In this document: in pieces, positions 1 through 9,190 of the stretch
How positions within the stretch are numbered: the stretch's first letter is position 1
Layout of the letters: each line of letters opens with the position of its first letter
Origin: Bacillota bacterium
GTDB lineage: Bacteria; Bacillota; Sulfobacillia; UBA995; UBA9673
DNA length: 63,937 nt
Assembly: GCA_003599345.1 (NCBI GenBank)
Contig: QZJP01000069.1
Coordinates: 1-63,937 of the forward strand
Reading direction: 5' to 3'
Notes under the pieces: generated by a model
What the model saw: only the letters and a program-made list of their open reading frames with translations
Database searches by the model: none
What the model was told of the DNA's origin: nothing
Translations under genes and position numbers: made by a program

Positions 1-660
1 GGGAGCACCAAGCGGTGGATCACGGACGAGGTGAGCCGGCTCGGGGCGTCACGCGAGGGACGATCACCCGCGGCTCGCCGGCCCTTCGTCGGCGGTCACC
101 CGATAGCCGGGGTGGAGAAGAGCGGGTTCGAATCGTCAAGGCCCGATCTTTTCGAGGGGCAGCCCTGGGTGCTGACCATTCCTCGGCCTCACGGCTTGGG
201 GACCGGGGACGCCGGCGGCGCGGCCGGCGAAGCGGCCGTGCGCGTGTCCGCCCTGGCCGCGGGCCTCGGCGCGCGCCCCATGGTCATGTCGCCCGAGGAG
301 CATGACCGCCTCCTTGCCGTCACCAGCCACCTGCCCTACCTCCTCTCCTTGCTTGTCGTTCATCTGGGGGCCCGGGCGGCCGGTTCGCAGCCCGCTCTGG
401 CCGATTTCGTGGCCGGCGGCTACCGCGACGCCACGCGCCTGGCCCTCCAGGACCCCGCGATGGGCACCGACATCCTGGCTACGAACGCTTCCGAACTCGA
501 GCCGGCTCTCCGCGGACTGGCAGCACTGGCCGACGACCTTCTGCAGCGGCTTTCCGACACGAATCCGGCGGCCGGCGGCGACAGCGCCCACATCTTGGCC
601 TTCGCCGCCGAAGCCAGGGCACTACGTCTGGAACTGGGGAGGCTCAAGAGATGGCCGTAA
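1..660 (+). CDS. tyrA: Prephenate dehydrogenase, C-terminal part (5' end lies outside the window)
   Basis: Frame 1 is open from nt 1. Translation shows GSTK, FVGGHPIAG.EKSG and SPEEHDRLLAVTSHLPYLL motifs typical of TyrA. The stop at 658-660 overlaps the aroA ATG at 651. Confidence 0.8.
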   Translation, partial: GSTKRWITDEVSRLGASREGRSPAARRPFVGGHPIAGVEKSGFESSRPDLFEGQPWVLTIPRPHGLGTGDAGGAAGEAAVRVSALAAGLGARPMVMSPEEHDRLLAVTSHLPYLLSLLVVHLGARAAGSQPALADFVAGGYRDATRLALQDPAMGTDILATNASELEPALRGLAALADDLLQRLSDTNPAAGGDSAHILAFAAEARALRLELGRLKRWP

Positions 661-2051
661 ACGTGGAACCGGCGCGGCGACCGCTCAGAGGCGAAATCCG
701 CGTGCCGGGGGACAAGTCTCTAAGCCACAGGGCCCTCATCCTCGCGTCGCTGGCGGGCGGGCCGAGCCGGATCAGGGGTCTGGCGCCCGGCGCGGACGTC
801 GCCTCCACCGGCGATTGCCTGCGAGGCCTCGGCGTGGGGATAACCCGGCCGGGGGGCGGACCGGACGGGGACACGGTCGTGACCCCACCGAGGTGCGGGC
901 TGCTCCCGCCGTCCGGCCCACTGGACGCGGGGAACTCGGGGACGACGATGCGCCTCCTCGCGGGTATCCTGGCCGCGCAGCCTTTCAGATCGACCTTGTC
1001 GGGAGACCGGTCGTTGCGGCGACGCCCCATGTCCCGGATCGCCGAACCACTCCGCCGCATGGGCGCCCGAGTGGTGGCCCGCGGGCGGGAGGGCGACGGG
1101 GAGACCGCGCCGCTCGAGTTCCGCGGCCCCCTGCCCCCGCGGCCCTTGACCCCCGCGACCCACAGGCTCCCGGTCGCCAGCGCGCAGGTGAAGTCCTGCC
1201 TTCTTCTGGCCGGGCTTCACGCCTGCGGGCGGACTACGGTGGTCGAGCCTGTCCGAAGCCGCGACCACACCGAGCGGCTTCTCGCCCGGTTCGGAGTCCC
1301 GGTCGACGTCGCCGACAGCCCGGACGGTCACAAGGTCTCCGTGACGAGCGAGGGACTGCCCCGGCTCACCCCGGCGGATCTGGAGGTTCCGGGCGACATC
1401 TCGTCCGCCGCTTTCTGGATTGTGGCCGCCCTCCTCGTCCCGGGGTCGGAACTCCGCTTGACCGGGGTTGGTGTGAACCCCACGAGAACGGGCCTCCTGG
1501 AGGTCCTGAGGCGGATGGGGGCCGACATCCGGCTGGAAACGACGCGGGTCGCCGTCTCCGCGGCGGGAGACGAGCCGGTGGCCGACATAGTCGTCCTGAC
1601 CGCCGGCCCGGGCCGGAGCGCCCGTTCGCGGGGCTCGGGCCGGGCGGAGACCGGGCTCGAGGGCACCGTCGTCACCGCCGAGGAGCTCCCGTCGTTGATA
1701 GATGAGATTCCGGTCCTGGCCGTCGCCGCCACCCAGGCGGCGGGGACAACTGTCGTGGAAGGAGCCGGAGAGCTCCGGGTCAAGGAGTCCGACCGCCTCA
1801 CCGCGCTGGCGGTCGAGCTGGGCCGGATGGGCGCCGGGATAGAGATCGACGGCGACCGCCTCATCATCGAGGGCGGCCCGCCGCTTCGCGCCGGCCGAGT
1901 CTGGGCCCACGGCGACCACAGGATGGCCATGGCTCTCGGCGTCGCCGGCCTCGCCGGCGGGAGCGGCCACCCGACCGTCGTCGACGGCGCCGAGGCCGCG
2001 AGCGTCTCCTACCCGGGTTTCTGGACCGAACTGGCGAGGGTCGCGGGATGA
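651..2051 (+). CDS. aroA: 3-phosphoshikimate 1-carboxyvinyltransferase (EPSP synthase)
   Basis: 466 aa. Motifs seen: VPGDKSLSHRALILASLA, LDAGNSGTTMRLLAGILA, LRVKESDRL and DHRMAMA. Confidence 0.93.
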   Translation: MAVNVEPARRPLRGEIRVPGDKSLSHRALILASLAGGPSRIRGLAPGADVASTGDCLRGLGVGITRPGGGPDGDTVVTPPRCGLLPPSGPLDAGNSGTTMRLLAGILAAQPFRSTLSGDRSLRRRPMSRIAEPLRRMGARVVARGREGDGETAPLEFRGPLPPRPLTPATHRLPVASAQVKSCLLLAGLHACGRTTVVEPVRSRDHTERLLARFGVPVDVADSPDGHKVSVTSEGLPRLTPADLEVPGDISSAAFWIVAALLVPGSELRLTGVGVNPTRTGLLEVLRRMGADIRLETTRVAVSAAGDEPVADIVVLTAGPGRSARSRGSGRAETGLEGTVVTAEELPSLIDEIPVLAVAATQAAGTTVVEGAGELRVKESDRLTALAVELGRMGAGIEIDGDRLIIEGGPPLRAGRVWAHGDHRMAMALGVAGLAGGSGHPTVVDGAEAASVSYPGFWTELARVAG

Positions 2052-2980
2052 GCGGCCACGACCACTACGCCTTGACCTACGCGGTCCTCGGACGGCCTAT
2101 CCGGGGCAGTCTCTCCCCGGTGATGCACAACGCGGCTTTCGAGGCTCTCGGGATGGACGCCCGCTACGAGGCCCTGGACGTGGCCCCCGGCGACCTCGGC
2201 TCGGTGTTCGAGAAGGCCGCGAGAGGGCACTGGGCCGGGTTCAACCTCACTCACCCGCACAAGACGGCGGGGGCGGCGCTCTGTGACTGGATGTCGCCGG
2301 AGGCCGAAGCCGCCGGCGCGGTCAATACCGTCGTCTTCGACGGCCTGAGAGCCGAGGGCCATAACACCGACGTCGTCGCCCTGCGCTCCGTCATGCTGGA
2401 GTGGGCGACAGCGGCTGCTTCCGCGGCCGGGCAAGAGAAGCGCTTCTCGGCCGCCGTCTTGGGTTCGGGCGGGGCGGCGCGGGCCGCGGCGGTCGCCGCG
2501 GCCCAATCCGGCGCCGGCGAGGTCGTCGTCTCGGCGCGGGCGACGTCCAAGGCGGAGGAGGCCGCCTCGGCGCTCTCCTGGGCGACCCGCAGGTTCGGCG
2601 GAGCCCGGCGCGCGGCCGCCGAGCCCGTGATTTGGAGAGGGCTCCGGCTTCCGGAACTGCTTGACGCCCTGAGAAGGTTCGACGTGGTGGTTCAGGCCAC
2701 GTCGGCCCCCGACAGGGTTCTGCGTTTCGAGGCCGCCCAGTTCGCCCCCGGGGTTCTCGCCGTCGAGCTCAACTACAGGCCCTCACCCTCGACGTCGTTC
2801 CTCGAGGCGGCGGCCGCAGGCGGAGCCCGGGCGGTCGACGGGCTGGAGATACTGCTACGCCAGGGGGAGGAAGCGTTCCGTCTCTTCACCGGAGTCCGGC
2901 CGCCCGGCGGGGTGATGCGGCGGGCTCTGAGTCAGGCCGTTGGCCGGGGGGCTGGCGGCGAGAAAGGAGTCGGTTCTTGA
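2048..2980 (+). CDS. aroE: Shikimate dehydrogenase
   Basis: 310 aa. N-terminal GRPIRGSLSPVMHNAAF, NLTHPHK and NTD motifs, plus an LGSGGAARAA Rossmann loop. The start forms an ATGA overlap with the aroA stop. Confidence 0.88.
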   Translation: MSGHDHYALTYAVLGRPIRGSLSPVMHNAAFEALGMDARYEALDVAPGDLGSVFEKAARGHWAGFNLTHPHKTAGAALCDWMSPEAEAAGAVNTVVFDGLRAEGHNTDVVALRSVMLEWATAAASAAGQEKRFSAAVLGSGGAARAAAVAAAQSGAGEVVVSARATSKAEEAASALSWATRRFGGARRAAAEPVIWRGLRLPELLDALRRFDVVVQATSAPDRVLRFEAAQFAPGVLAVELNYRPSPSTSFLEAAAAGGARAVDGLEILLRQGEEAFRLFTGVRPPGGVMRRALSQAVGRGAGGEKGVGS

Positions 2981-4143
2981 TGCCGCCGAGGCTGTTGACG
3001 GCCGGTGAGTCTCACGGGCCGGCTCTCGTGGTGGTCGTCGATGGGCTCCCCGCAGGCATCCCGTTCGGCGAGGAGGCCCTCGCCGGCGAACTCGCGCGCC
3101 GGCAGGCCGGTCACGGGCGGGGTCCCAGGGCGTCGCGGACCTGCGAACAAGCCAGGATAGTCGGCGGCGTCTCGGGCGGGTTCACGACCGGAGCCCCCGT
3201 CGCCGTCGAACTCGCCAACCCCGACCCGGGCCCCGGCACCGGACCCACGACCCCGGCTGACCCGGTACCCCGGCCGGGGCACGCCGACCTGGCCTTGGCG
3301 GTCAAGTACGGGTCGGTCGACTTCCGGCCTCACGCGGAACGGGCCAGCGCGCGGGAGACCGCGGCCCGGGTGGCCGGGGGAGCCCTGGCCAAGGCCTTCC
3401 TTGGCTGCCTGGGGGTCTCGGTGGGGTCGCACGTCACCGCCATCGGGGGAGTGGGGGTCCCAGGGTGGGATTCCTCCAGGGCCGCGGGCCTCGACGCCGG
3501 GGGGTGGCGGGAGATTCTCAAGGCCGCCGAGACCAGCCTTGTGCGCTGCGCCGACCACGGGGCCGGCGAGCGGATGGCTACAGCGATAGACGCCGCCCGG
3601 GTCCGGGGCGACACCCTCGGGGGCGTGTTCGAGGTCATAGCCTTGGGATGCCCCGCGGGAATCGGGGCGCCGGGCCAATGGGACACGCGCCTTGACACCC
3701 GGCTCGCGGGAGCGGTGATGAGCGTCCCGGGGGTGAAGGCCGTCGCCATCGGGCTCGGCTTCGACGCGGCCGCGCTCCCGGGCGCCGAGGCGCACGACGC
3801 GATAGTGCCGGGAGACGGCCCGCTGGGCACCGCCCGGAGCTCCAATCGCGCCGGCGGCGTCGAGGGCGGGATGACGAACGGCCAGCCCGTGGTCGTCAGG
3901 GCCGCCATGAAACCGATTCCCACGCTGGCTAAGCCCCTCCCGTCCGTGGACCTGTCCACCGGGCAGGCCTGCCCCGCCTCTAAGGTCCGCGGTGACACCT
4001 GCGCCGTTCCGGCGGCGGGAGTGGTGGCCGAGACGATGGTCGCCTGGGTCCTGGCCGTCTCCGTCGTCGAGGCGTTCGGCGGGGACACGGTGGACGCCGT
4101 CGGGCGCCGCCTGGCCGGGTCGCCCGGCGGAGGAGCGAGCTGA
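2977..4143 (+). CDS. aroC: Chorismate synthase (start may be ATG at 2980, a TGATG overlap with the aroE stop)
   Basis: 388 aa. Motifs seen: LTAGESHGPAL, RPGHADL, RASARETAARVAGGA and GGMTNGQP. Confidence 0.93.
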   Translation: MMPPRLLTAGESHGPALVVVVDGLPAGIPFGEEALAGELARRQAGHGRGPRASRTCEQARIVGGVSGGFTTGAPVAVELANPDPGPGTGPTTPADPVPRPGHADLALAVKYGSVDFRPHAERASARETAARVAGGALAKAFLGCLGVSVGSHVTAIGGVGVPGWDSSRAAGLDAGGWREILKAAETSLVRCADHGAGERMATAIDAARVRGDTLGGVFEVIALGCPAGIGAPGQWDTRLDTRLAGAVMSVPGVKAVAIGLGFDAAALPGAEAHDAIVPGDGPLGTARSSNRAGGVEGGMTNGQPVVVRAAMKPIPTLAKPLPSVDLSTGQACPASKVRGDTCAVPAAGVVAETMVAWVLAVSVVEAFGGDTVDAVGRRLAGSPGGGAS

Positions 4144-5939
4144 TGGCGGCGGGGGACCGGTGGGAACGGGCGCGGGCGCCCGTCGTGCTCGTCGGCTTCA
4201 TGGCCGCCGGCAAGACGACAGCCGGCCGTATCCTGGCGTCTCTGACCGGGCGGGAGTTCCTCGACCTGGACGATCTCATCGCCCTGGGTTCCGGCAGGCC
4301 GGTCCCGGACATCATCCGGACTTCGGGCGAGGCGCGCTTCCGCGGGCTCGAGGCCCGAGCCCTGGCCGCGGCCTGCCGCACGTCCGGCACGGTCATCGCC
4401 ACCGGGGGCGGCGCGGTGATGGCCGCCGCGAACCGGCGAACCCTGGCCCGGGCGGGGTGCCGCGTCGTGTGGCTCAAGGTCTCGCCGGCCGAGGTCCTTC
4501 GCCGGGCCGGGAGGACGAGCGACCGGTCCGACGCGCCGACCCCCGGCCATGGTGCCGGCCGGCCCCTCCTGCCCCCGACGGTGGAAGAGGTGGGCCGGCT
4601 GCTCGCGGCCCGCGAGGAAGGCTACCGGGACGCGGCCACCCTCGAAGTGTCCACGGAGGGGCGGTCGGCCGAGGCGGTGGCTCGCGAACTGGCTGTCCTC
4701 CTGGAACTCCCGGGCGGCCGGAGCGCGGTCGCGCCGGGCCACGGGACGGAGTTCGCCCGGGTCGATGGGGGTCCGCCGGACCATGGACCGGTCGTGGTGG
4801 GCAGGGGACTTCTCGGCGGGCTGGCGTCGCTTCCGGGCTTCCCGGGAGACGGCCTGACCCGCGTGTTTCTCGCCGGAGACCCGCTGGCCCTCGCCCTCTA
4901 CGGGGGGAGGGTCGTCAGGTCCTTACGGCAGGCGGGCATGGAGGTCGACGTGGAGGCCCTGCCGCCGGGGGAGGGCGCCAAGCGGGCGGGCGTCCTGGCC
5001 AGGCTCTGGGAGAGCATGGCTCTCCGCGGTCTGGGCCGGGGAGACCTTGTGCTGAGCCTGGGAGGCGGGGCCGCGTCGGACCTGGCCGGCTTCGCGGCCG
5101 CGACTTACATGCGGGGCGTACCCGTCGCCCACGTCCCGACGACACTACTGGCCCAGGTGGACGCGGCCGTCGGGGGGAAGACCGCGATCAACCTCAGCCG
5201 CGGCAAGAACCTCGCCGGCGTCTATCACTTCCCGTCGCTCGTCGCCGCCGACCTGGACACCCTCGGGACCCTGCCGCCGGACCTTGTCGCCGAGGGGACC
5301 GTGGAGCTGGCCAAGACCTTGCTCGTCGGGGGAACCTCCGTACGTGAGGCTCGCGCGTTGGCCTTGACGGCTCACCGGGTCCTGCTGGCCGGTGACGCTC
5401 CGGCCGCGGGCCACCCGTCCGGGGTTCCGGGCGATGACCCCGTGGCCGCGGCGGTGGGGAAGGCCGTGGCGGCCAAACTCGGCACGGTGGCCGAGGATCC
5501 CCGGGACAGGGGCCGGAGGATGGCGCTCAACCTCGGGCACACGTTCGGCCACGCGCTGGAGGCCGCGTCGCGGTTCAGGGGGAGGCACGGTCTTTCCGTG
5601 GCCGTCGGGATGCTGGCGGCGGCGAGGCTTTCGGAAGGGCGCGGGTGCCTCGCGGGAGAGGCTCTCCAAGCGGTCGTTTCACTGGCTGAAGACCTCATAG
5701 GGCTTTTCCCCGCCCGGGACCTGGGCCGCCTGGGACGGCTCGAGGCCCGAGAGGTGCAGTCCTGGATGGCCGCCGACAAGAAGCGCGCCGGGCGGGACCT
5801 CGTCTTTGTGCTCCTCCGCGGAACGGGGGACGGCATGGTGGAGCCCTTCACGGCGAAAGGCGTGACCGGCGCCGAGGCGGCCGGGGCTCTCGGCCTGACC
5901 CTCGCGCGCGTCAGACACCTGAAGGAGGGACGGGAATGA
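4143..5939 (+). CDS. aroKB: Bifunctional shikimate kinase / 3-dehydroquinate synthase fusion
   Basis: 598 aa. The N-terminus carries Walker A (GFMAAGKTTAGR) and shikimate kinase features (ATGGGAV). From about aa 200 there are DHQ-synthase motifs: LGGGAASDLAGFAAATYMRGV, VPTTLLAQVDAAVGGKTAIN, NLGHTFGHALE. Confidence 0.88.
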   Translation: MAAGDRWERARAPVVLVGFMAAGKTTAGRILASLTGREFLDLDDLIALGSGRPVPDIIRTSGEARFRGLEARALAAACRTSGTVIATGGGAVMAAANRRTLARAGCRVVWLKVSPAEVLRRAGRTSDRSDAPTPGHGAGRPLLPPTVEEVGRLLAAREEGYRDAATLEVSTEGRSAEAVARELAVLLELPGGRSAVAPGHGTEFARVDGGPPDHGPVVVGRGLLGGLASLPGFPGDGLTRVFLAGDPLALALYGGRVVRSLRQAGMEVDVEALPPGEGAKRAGVLARLWESMALRGLGRGDLVLSLGGGAASDLAGFAAATYMRGVPVAHVPTTLLAQVDAAVGGKTAINLSRGKNLAGVYHFPSLVAADLDTLGTLPPDLVAEGTVELAKTLLVGGTSVREARALALTAHRVLLAGDAPAAGHPSGVPGDDPVAAAVGKAVAAKLGTVAEDPRDRGRRMALNLGHTFGHALEAASRFRGRHGLSVAVGMLAAARLSEGRGCLAGEALQAVVSLAEDLIGLFPARDLGRLGRLEAREVQSWMAADKKRAGRDLVFVLLRGTGDGMVEPFTAKGVTGAEAAGALGLTLARVRHLKEGRE

Positions 5940-6388
5940 GACGGGTAACCGTCATCCACGGCCCCAACCTCAATCTGCTCGGCCGGAGGGAGGTGGCGGT
6001 CTACGGGCTGACCTCGCTGGCCGATATCGACGCGGAGCTAGCGCGGCTCGGTCGCGAGCTGGGGCTGGAGGTGAATGCCGTCCAGCTCAGCGGGGAGGGG
6101 GAGGTAGTCCGGGCCCTGCACGAGGCCTGGGACTCCGGAGCGGCCGGGGTGCTCATCAACCCGGGCGCGCTTGCCCACTACTCCTACGCCGTCCGCGACG
6201 CCCTGGCGGCGCTCAGGGCGGCGGGCCTGCCGGTGGTGGAGGTCCACCTCACCAACGTCCACGCCCGGGAAGAGTTCCGCCGGAACCTCGTCACGGCCCC
6301 CGCCACCTCCGGACAGGTCACCGGCTTCGGCCCCCTGTCATACTACTTGGGACTGAGGGCCCTCGCCGGGCTCGTCGGCCGGGAGTAG
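5936..6388 (+). CDS. aroQ: Type II 3-dehydroquinate dehydratase
   Basis: 150 aa. Motifs seen: IHGPNLNLLGRRE, INPGALAHYSYA and VEVHLTNVHAREEFR. The start forms an ATGA overlap with the aroKB stop. Confidence 0.9.
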   Translation: MRRVTVIHGPNLNLLGRREVAVYGLTSLADIDAELARLGRELGLEVNAVQLSGEGEVVRALHEAWDSGAAGVLINPGALAHYSYAVRDALAALRAAGLPVVEVHLTNVHAREEFRRNLVTAPATSGQVTGFGPLSYYLGLRALAGLVGRE

Positions 6389-6477
6389 CGCCGGCGGCGT
6401 GGCGCCCGCAGGAGGATTAGACCCCGCCGGCCGCGAAGCAGCGGACGGTATCCAGGCGTAGCCATCCGTGGGCGGTC

Positions 6478-7473
6478 GTGCCCACGGAACGCAACCAGTC
6501 TCTCTGCTGCATTTCTTGGCTGGGAGGGTCCGCCGTGAACGAGCTCGGTGCGGTTCTTGGAGAAACCTGGCGCAGGTTCTGGCCCAACCCGGTCCTGTGG
6601 GGCCTGCCGCTGATTCTCTTCCTGGGTTTCGTCCTTGGGTCCTTGCTCCTGTGGATGATGCTCTATCGCCTCGCGGGGCTGGGGGTGCTCCTCATCTTCC
6701 TTGAAATCTGTGCTTACGGGGCGATGGCCCTGTCGGCGATGACGGGGGCCTGGGCATCGGCGGCCCGGACCGGCCGGGCCACGTCCGACGAGGCGACCCG
6801 GGGGATTAGCCGGTACTTCTGGCGCATGACGGGCCTCACGGGATTGGTGCTGGCCACGGCCCTCGCCGCCGGCCTGGTGTTCGGCCTGGTCTTCGTCACC
6901 GCCACGTTCGGACAGATGGCCGGTGGGACGTTTGACCCCACTTCTTTCTCGGGCAACACGGCGGGCTCCCAGCTGATGGGGCTGGCCGTGTCTTTGGGTC
7001 TCCTTCTGCTCTACGGTTTCGCCCCGGCGTCCATCGGACTTGAGAACACGACCACCATGAACGGCGTAGGCCGGGGTCTCAGCTTCGTGGGTAGACGCTT
7101 CGGCCTGGTGGCCGGCCTTCTCGTCGTCGGGCTCATCATCTACAACGGCCCGTCCTACCTCCTGGCCTTGCCCTACCTCAAGGCGTTCGGGGCCTTCCCC
7201 ACGGACCCGTCCAGCTTCACCGAGGCCGACGCCTACGCCCTGCTGGGTCTTGTCGGTCGGATGATCCCGGTTATGCTGCTCATGATCGCTCTCGCCTGCG
7301 TCATCGGGTCTTTCGTGGCCCTGTCGCTGTTCGTCGCCTTCGAACGCAACCGCGGGGTCCTCTGGCCGCCGGCGGTCACGGCGGATTCCGCCGGACCGGG
7401 AGCCGGCCCGGCGGTGGAGGTCACGGGAAGTCCCGCCGGGGGTCCTCCCGACATCGACAACAAGAACCGGTAG
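6478..7473 (+). CDS. Multi-pass membrane protein of unknown function (N-terminus uncertain)
   Basis: 331-aa ORF with about 6 hydrophobic helices and G/C-rich third codon positions. I recognised no family motif. Confidence 0.55.
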   Translation: MPTERNQSLCCISWLGGSAVNELGAVLGETWRRFWPNPVLWGLPLILFLGFVLGSLLLWMMLYRLAGLGVLLIFLEICAYGAMALSAMTGAWASAARTGRATSDEATRGISRYFWRMTGLTGLVLATALAAGLVFGLVFVTATFGQMAGGTFDPTSFSGNTAGSQLMGLAVSLGLLLLYGFAPASIGLENTTTMNGVGRGLSFVGRRFGLVAGLLVVGLIIYNGPSYLLALPYLKAFGAFPTDPSSFTEADAYALLGLVGRMIPVMLLMIALACVIGSFVALSLFVAFERNRGVLWPPAVTADSAGPGAGPAVEVTGSPAGGPPDIDNKNR

Positions 7474-7787
7474 CCGGGCCGGCCCGCGAATCCGCGGCTT
7501 CGTCCATCGCTGGAGAGCTAGAGCCTGGACAGGAGCTCCCGCGGCGACGTAAGGTCGGCCTCTCCAGCCCCTCACTCGGCCCGTGGGAGAAGCCCGCCGC
7601 CTTGGCCGCCCGCGCCCTGGCCAGGACGGGCGGGGCCGCGTACTGCAAGAGATTCCCCGGACGGGCGTCGTAGAGGCGGTACAGGCTCGCGGACGGGTCG
7701 GAGACCAGGACGGCCCCCGGGGCGAGGGACGCCAGGCCGCCCAGGTTGACCGGCCGGCCCTGGGTCACGATGACGAGAGCCGCCCCT

Positions 7788-9137
7788 CTAGCCGCGAACT
7801 CGGTCGATGAGCTGGAGAGTGGTCTTGAGCACCGCGAGGACGCGCTCCATCTCGCCGGGCACCACCTTCGACAGGTCGTCCCCGGCGTTGTGGTAGGAGT
7901 CGCCGTGGTCAGGCCTCACCTGGCACACGGTAACCGCCGGAACGCCTGCGGCCATGAAGCTCCTGGCGCCGTCGTAGCTGAACGGGGCCGGTTTCAGGGG
8001 CGGGCTGCCGTGCTCGGCCAGGGCCTGGTCGATCATCCCGACCAGTTCCGCCGAGGCCGCATAACGCCGGAGGAACGTGCCGCCGGCCCGGCTGTAGCTG
8101 AGCTCTCCCTCGCCCCCGAGGCACTCGAGGTTGATGACGCGGACGGTCCCTTTCCGAGCGCGGTCCGCGAGCTCCGGGTGGCCGGCGACGTAGGCTGCCG
8201 AACCCTGGCAGTTGACCTCCTCGCCGGTGAAGAGGATGATTCTGACGTCGGTGCCCGATAGGCCGAGGGACGGCAGGTCGGCCGCCAATCCCGCCAGGAT
8301 GGCCACCGCGGTGCCGTCGTCACAGGCCCCGGGGCTCTTCCTGGGGAGAAGGTGACCCCCCGCGAAGGAGAAGGCCAGGAGGGCGATGACCGCGGTCGCC
8401 GCCACGGCCACCGCCAGGAGCCCGGTCCTTCCCGGCCCGCGCGTGAAGCAGCCGAGGGCTCCGACGTGCTCCGCCGCGAGGCCCAGCAAGGCCACGAGCA
8501 GGAGCGCCGCCATGGCCCCCGGCGCGGCGGAGTAGATGGGCTGTCTTGCCCGGTGGTCGAAGACCTCGGTCTTGGAGTCGTAGTGCGCGGCCAAGATGAC
8601 GAGCGGGCGTTCCTCCGTCCCGCTCCCGGGGTCGCCCGCCGCGCCGGGGGACCAGTCGACGACGATGTTGTAGGCCGGCTTCTGCCCGAGCCAACTGACC
8701 ACGGGGTAGCCGCGCTCGAACTCCAGGAGATAGATGGCCGGGATCAAGGCCGCCAAGAGGAGAGCTATCCCGAGGCGGCGGCCGCGCACGGCCAGGACGA
8801 CGCCCACGGCCAGCGCGAGGAGGGCCAGTCCGACCAGGGCCTGCATGTGGGGCCGCACGATGAAGGGCTCGACCGAGACCGACACGCCCGTCCCTTCCAG
8901 GAGGGCGACGAGTCTCTCCCGCGTCGCGTCGAGCGCCGCCGACCCGTTGGGCCGGGGGACGGCGAGGTCTTGGAGGATGCCGAGGAGGTCCATTCGGGTC
9001 CGCCGGACTCCTTCGCGAGGGCCAAGCTGCCGCGCGGCGGACGGGGCTCCAGGCCGGTGCCGGCCGGGCCTCGGGCCTGCGGCGGGAAAGCCGGCCCTAG
9101 ATGCCGAACACTCTGGAGTCACTATTCGGACAGCCAA
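7788..9137 (-). CDS. M28-family metallopeptidase with membrane-helix insertions (more likely start is ATG at 8993, MDLLGILQDL)
   Basis: M28 metal and catalytic motifs appear in order: AAHYDS, GACDDGTAVAIL, FTGEEVNCQGS, INLECLG, YHNAGDD. Two hydrophobic helix pairs are interleaved at aa ~98-140 and ~205-260. Confidence 0.8.
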   Translation of the reverse strand: MAVRIVTPECSASRAGFPAAGPRPGRHRPGAPSAARQLGPREGVRRTRMDLLGILQDLAVPRPNGSAALDATRERLVALLEGTGVSVSVEPFIVRPHMQALVGLALLALAVGVVLAVRGRRLGIALLLAALIPAIYLLEFERGYPVVSWLGQKPAYNIVVDWSPGAAGDPGSGTEERPLVILAAHYDSKTEVFDHRARQPIYSAAPGAMAALLLVALLGLAAEHVGALGCFTRGPGRTGLLAVAVAATAVIALLAFSFAGGHLLPRKSPGACDDGTAVAILAGLAADLPSLGLSGTDVRIILFTGEEVNCQGSAAYVAGHPELADRARKGTVRVINLECLGGEGELSYSRAGGTFLRRYAASAELVGMIDQALAEHGSPPLKPAPFSYDGARSFMAAGVPAVTVCQVRPDHGDSYHNAGDDLSKVVPGEMERVLAVLKTTLQLIDRVRG

Positions 9138-9190
9138 CCAGGCCTACCTGCTAGAGCCTCATCCTGGCACGGCCGGAAGGAGATGACCGG

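Noticed and set aside
720-1970. Many long ORFs lie antisense to or frame-shifted from annotated genes. Examples are 720-1970(-), 3330-4784(-), 3992-5347(+), 9122-10249(-), 28184-29464(+), 37474-38868(+), 47818-49707(+), 52604-54337(+) and 30446-31447(-).
   Set aside because: Their translations are Arg/Pro/Gly/Ala-rich low-complexity strings with no motifs. They fully overlap genes that have clear family signatures. Such shadow ORFs are expected in very GC-rich DNA because stop codons are rare.
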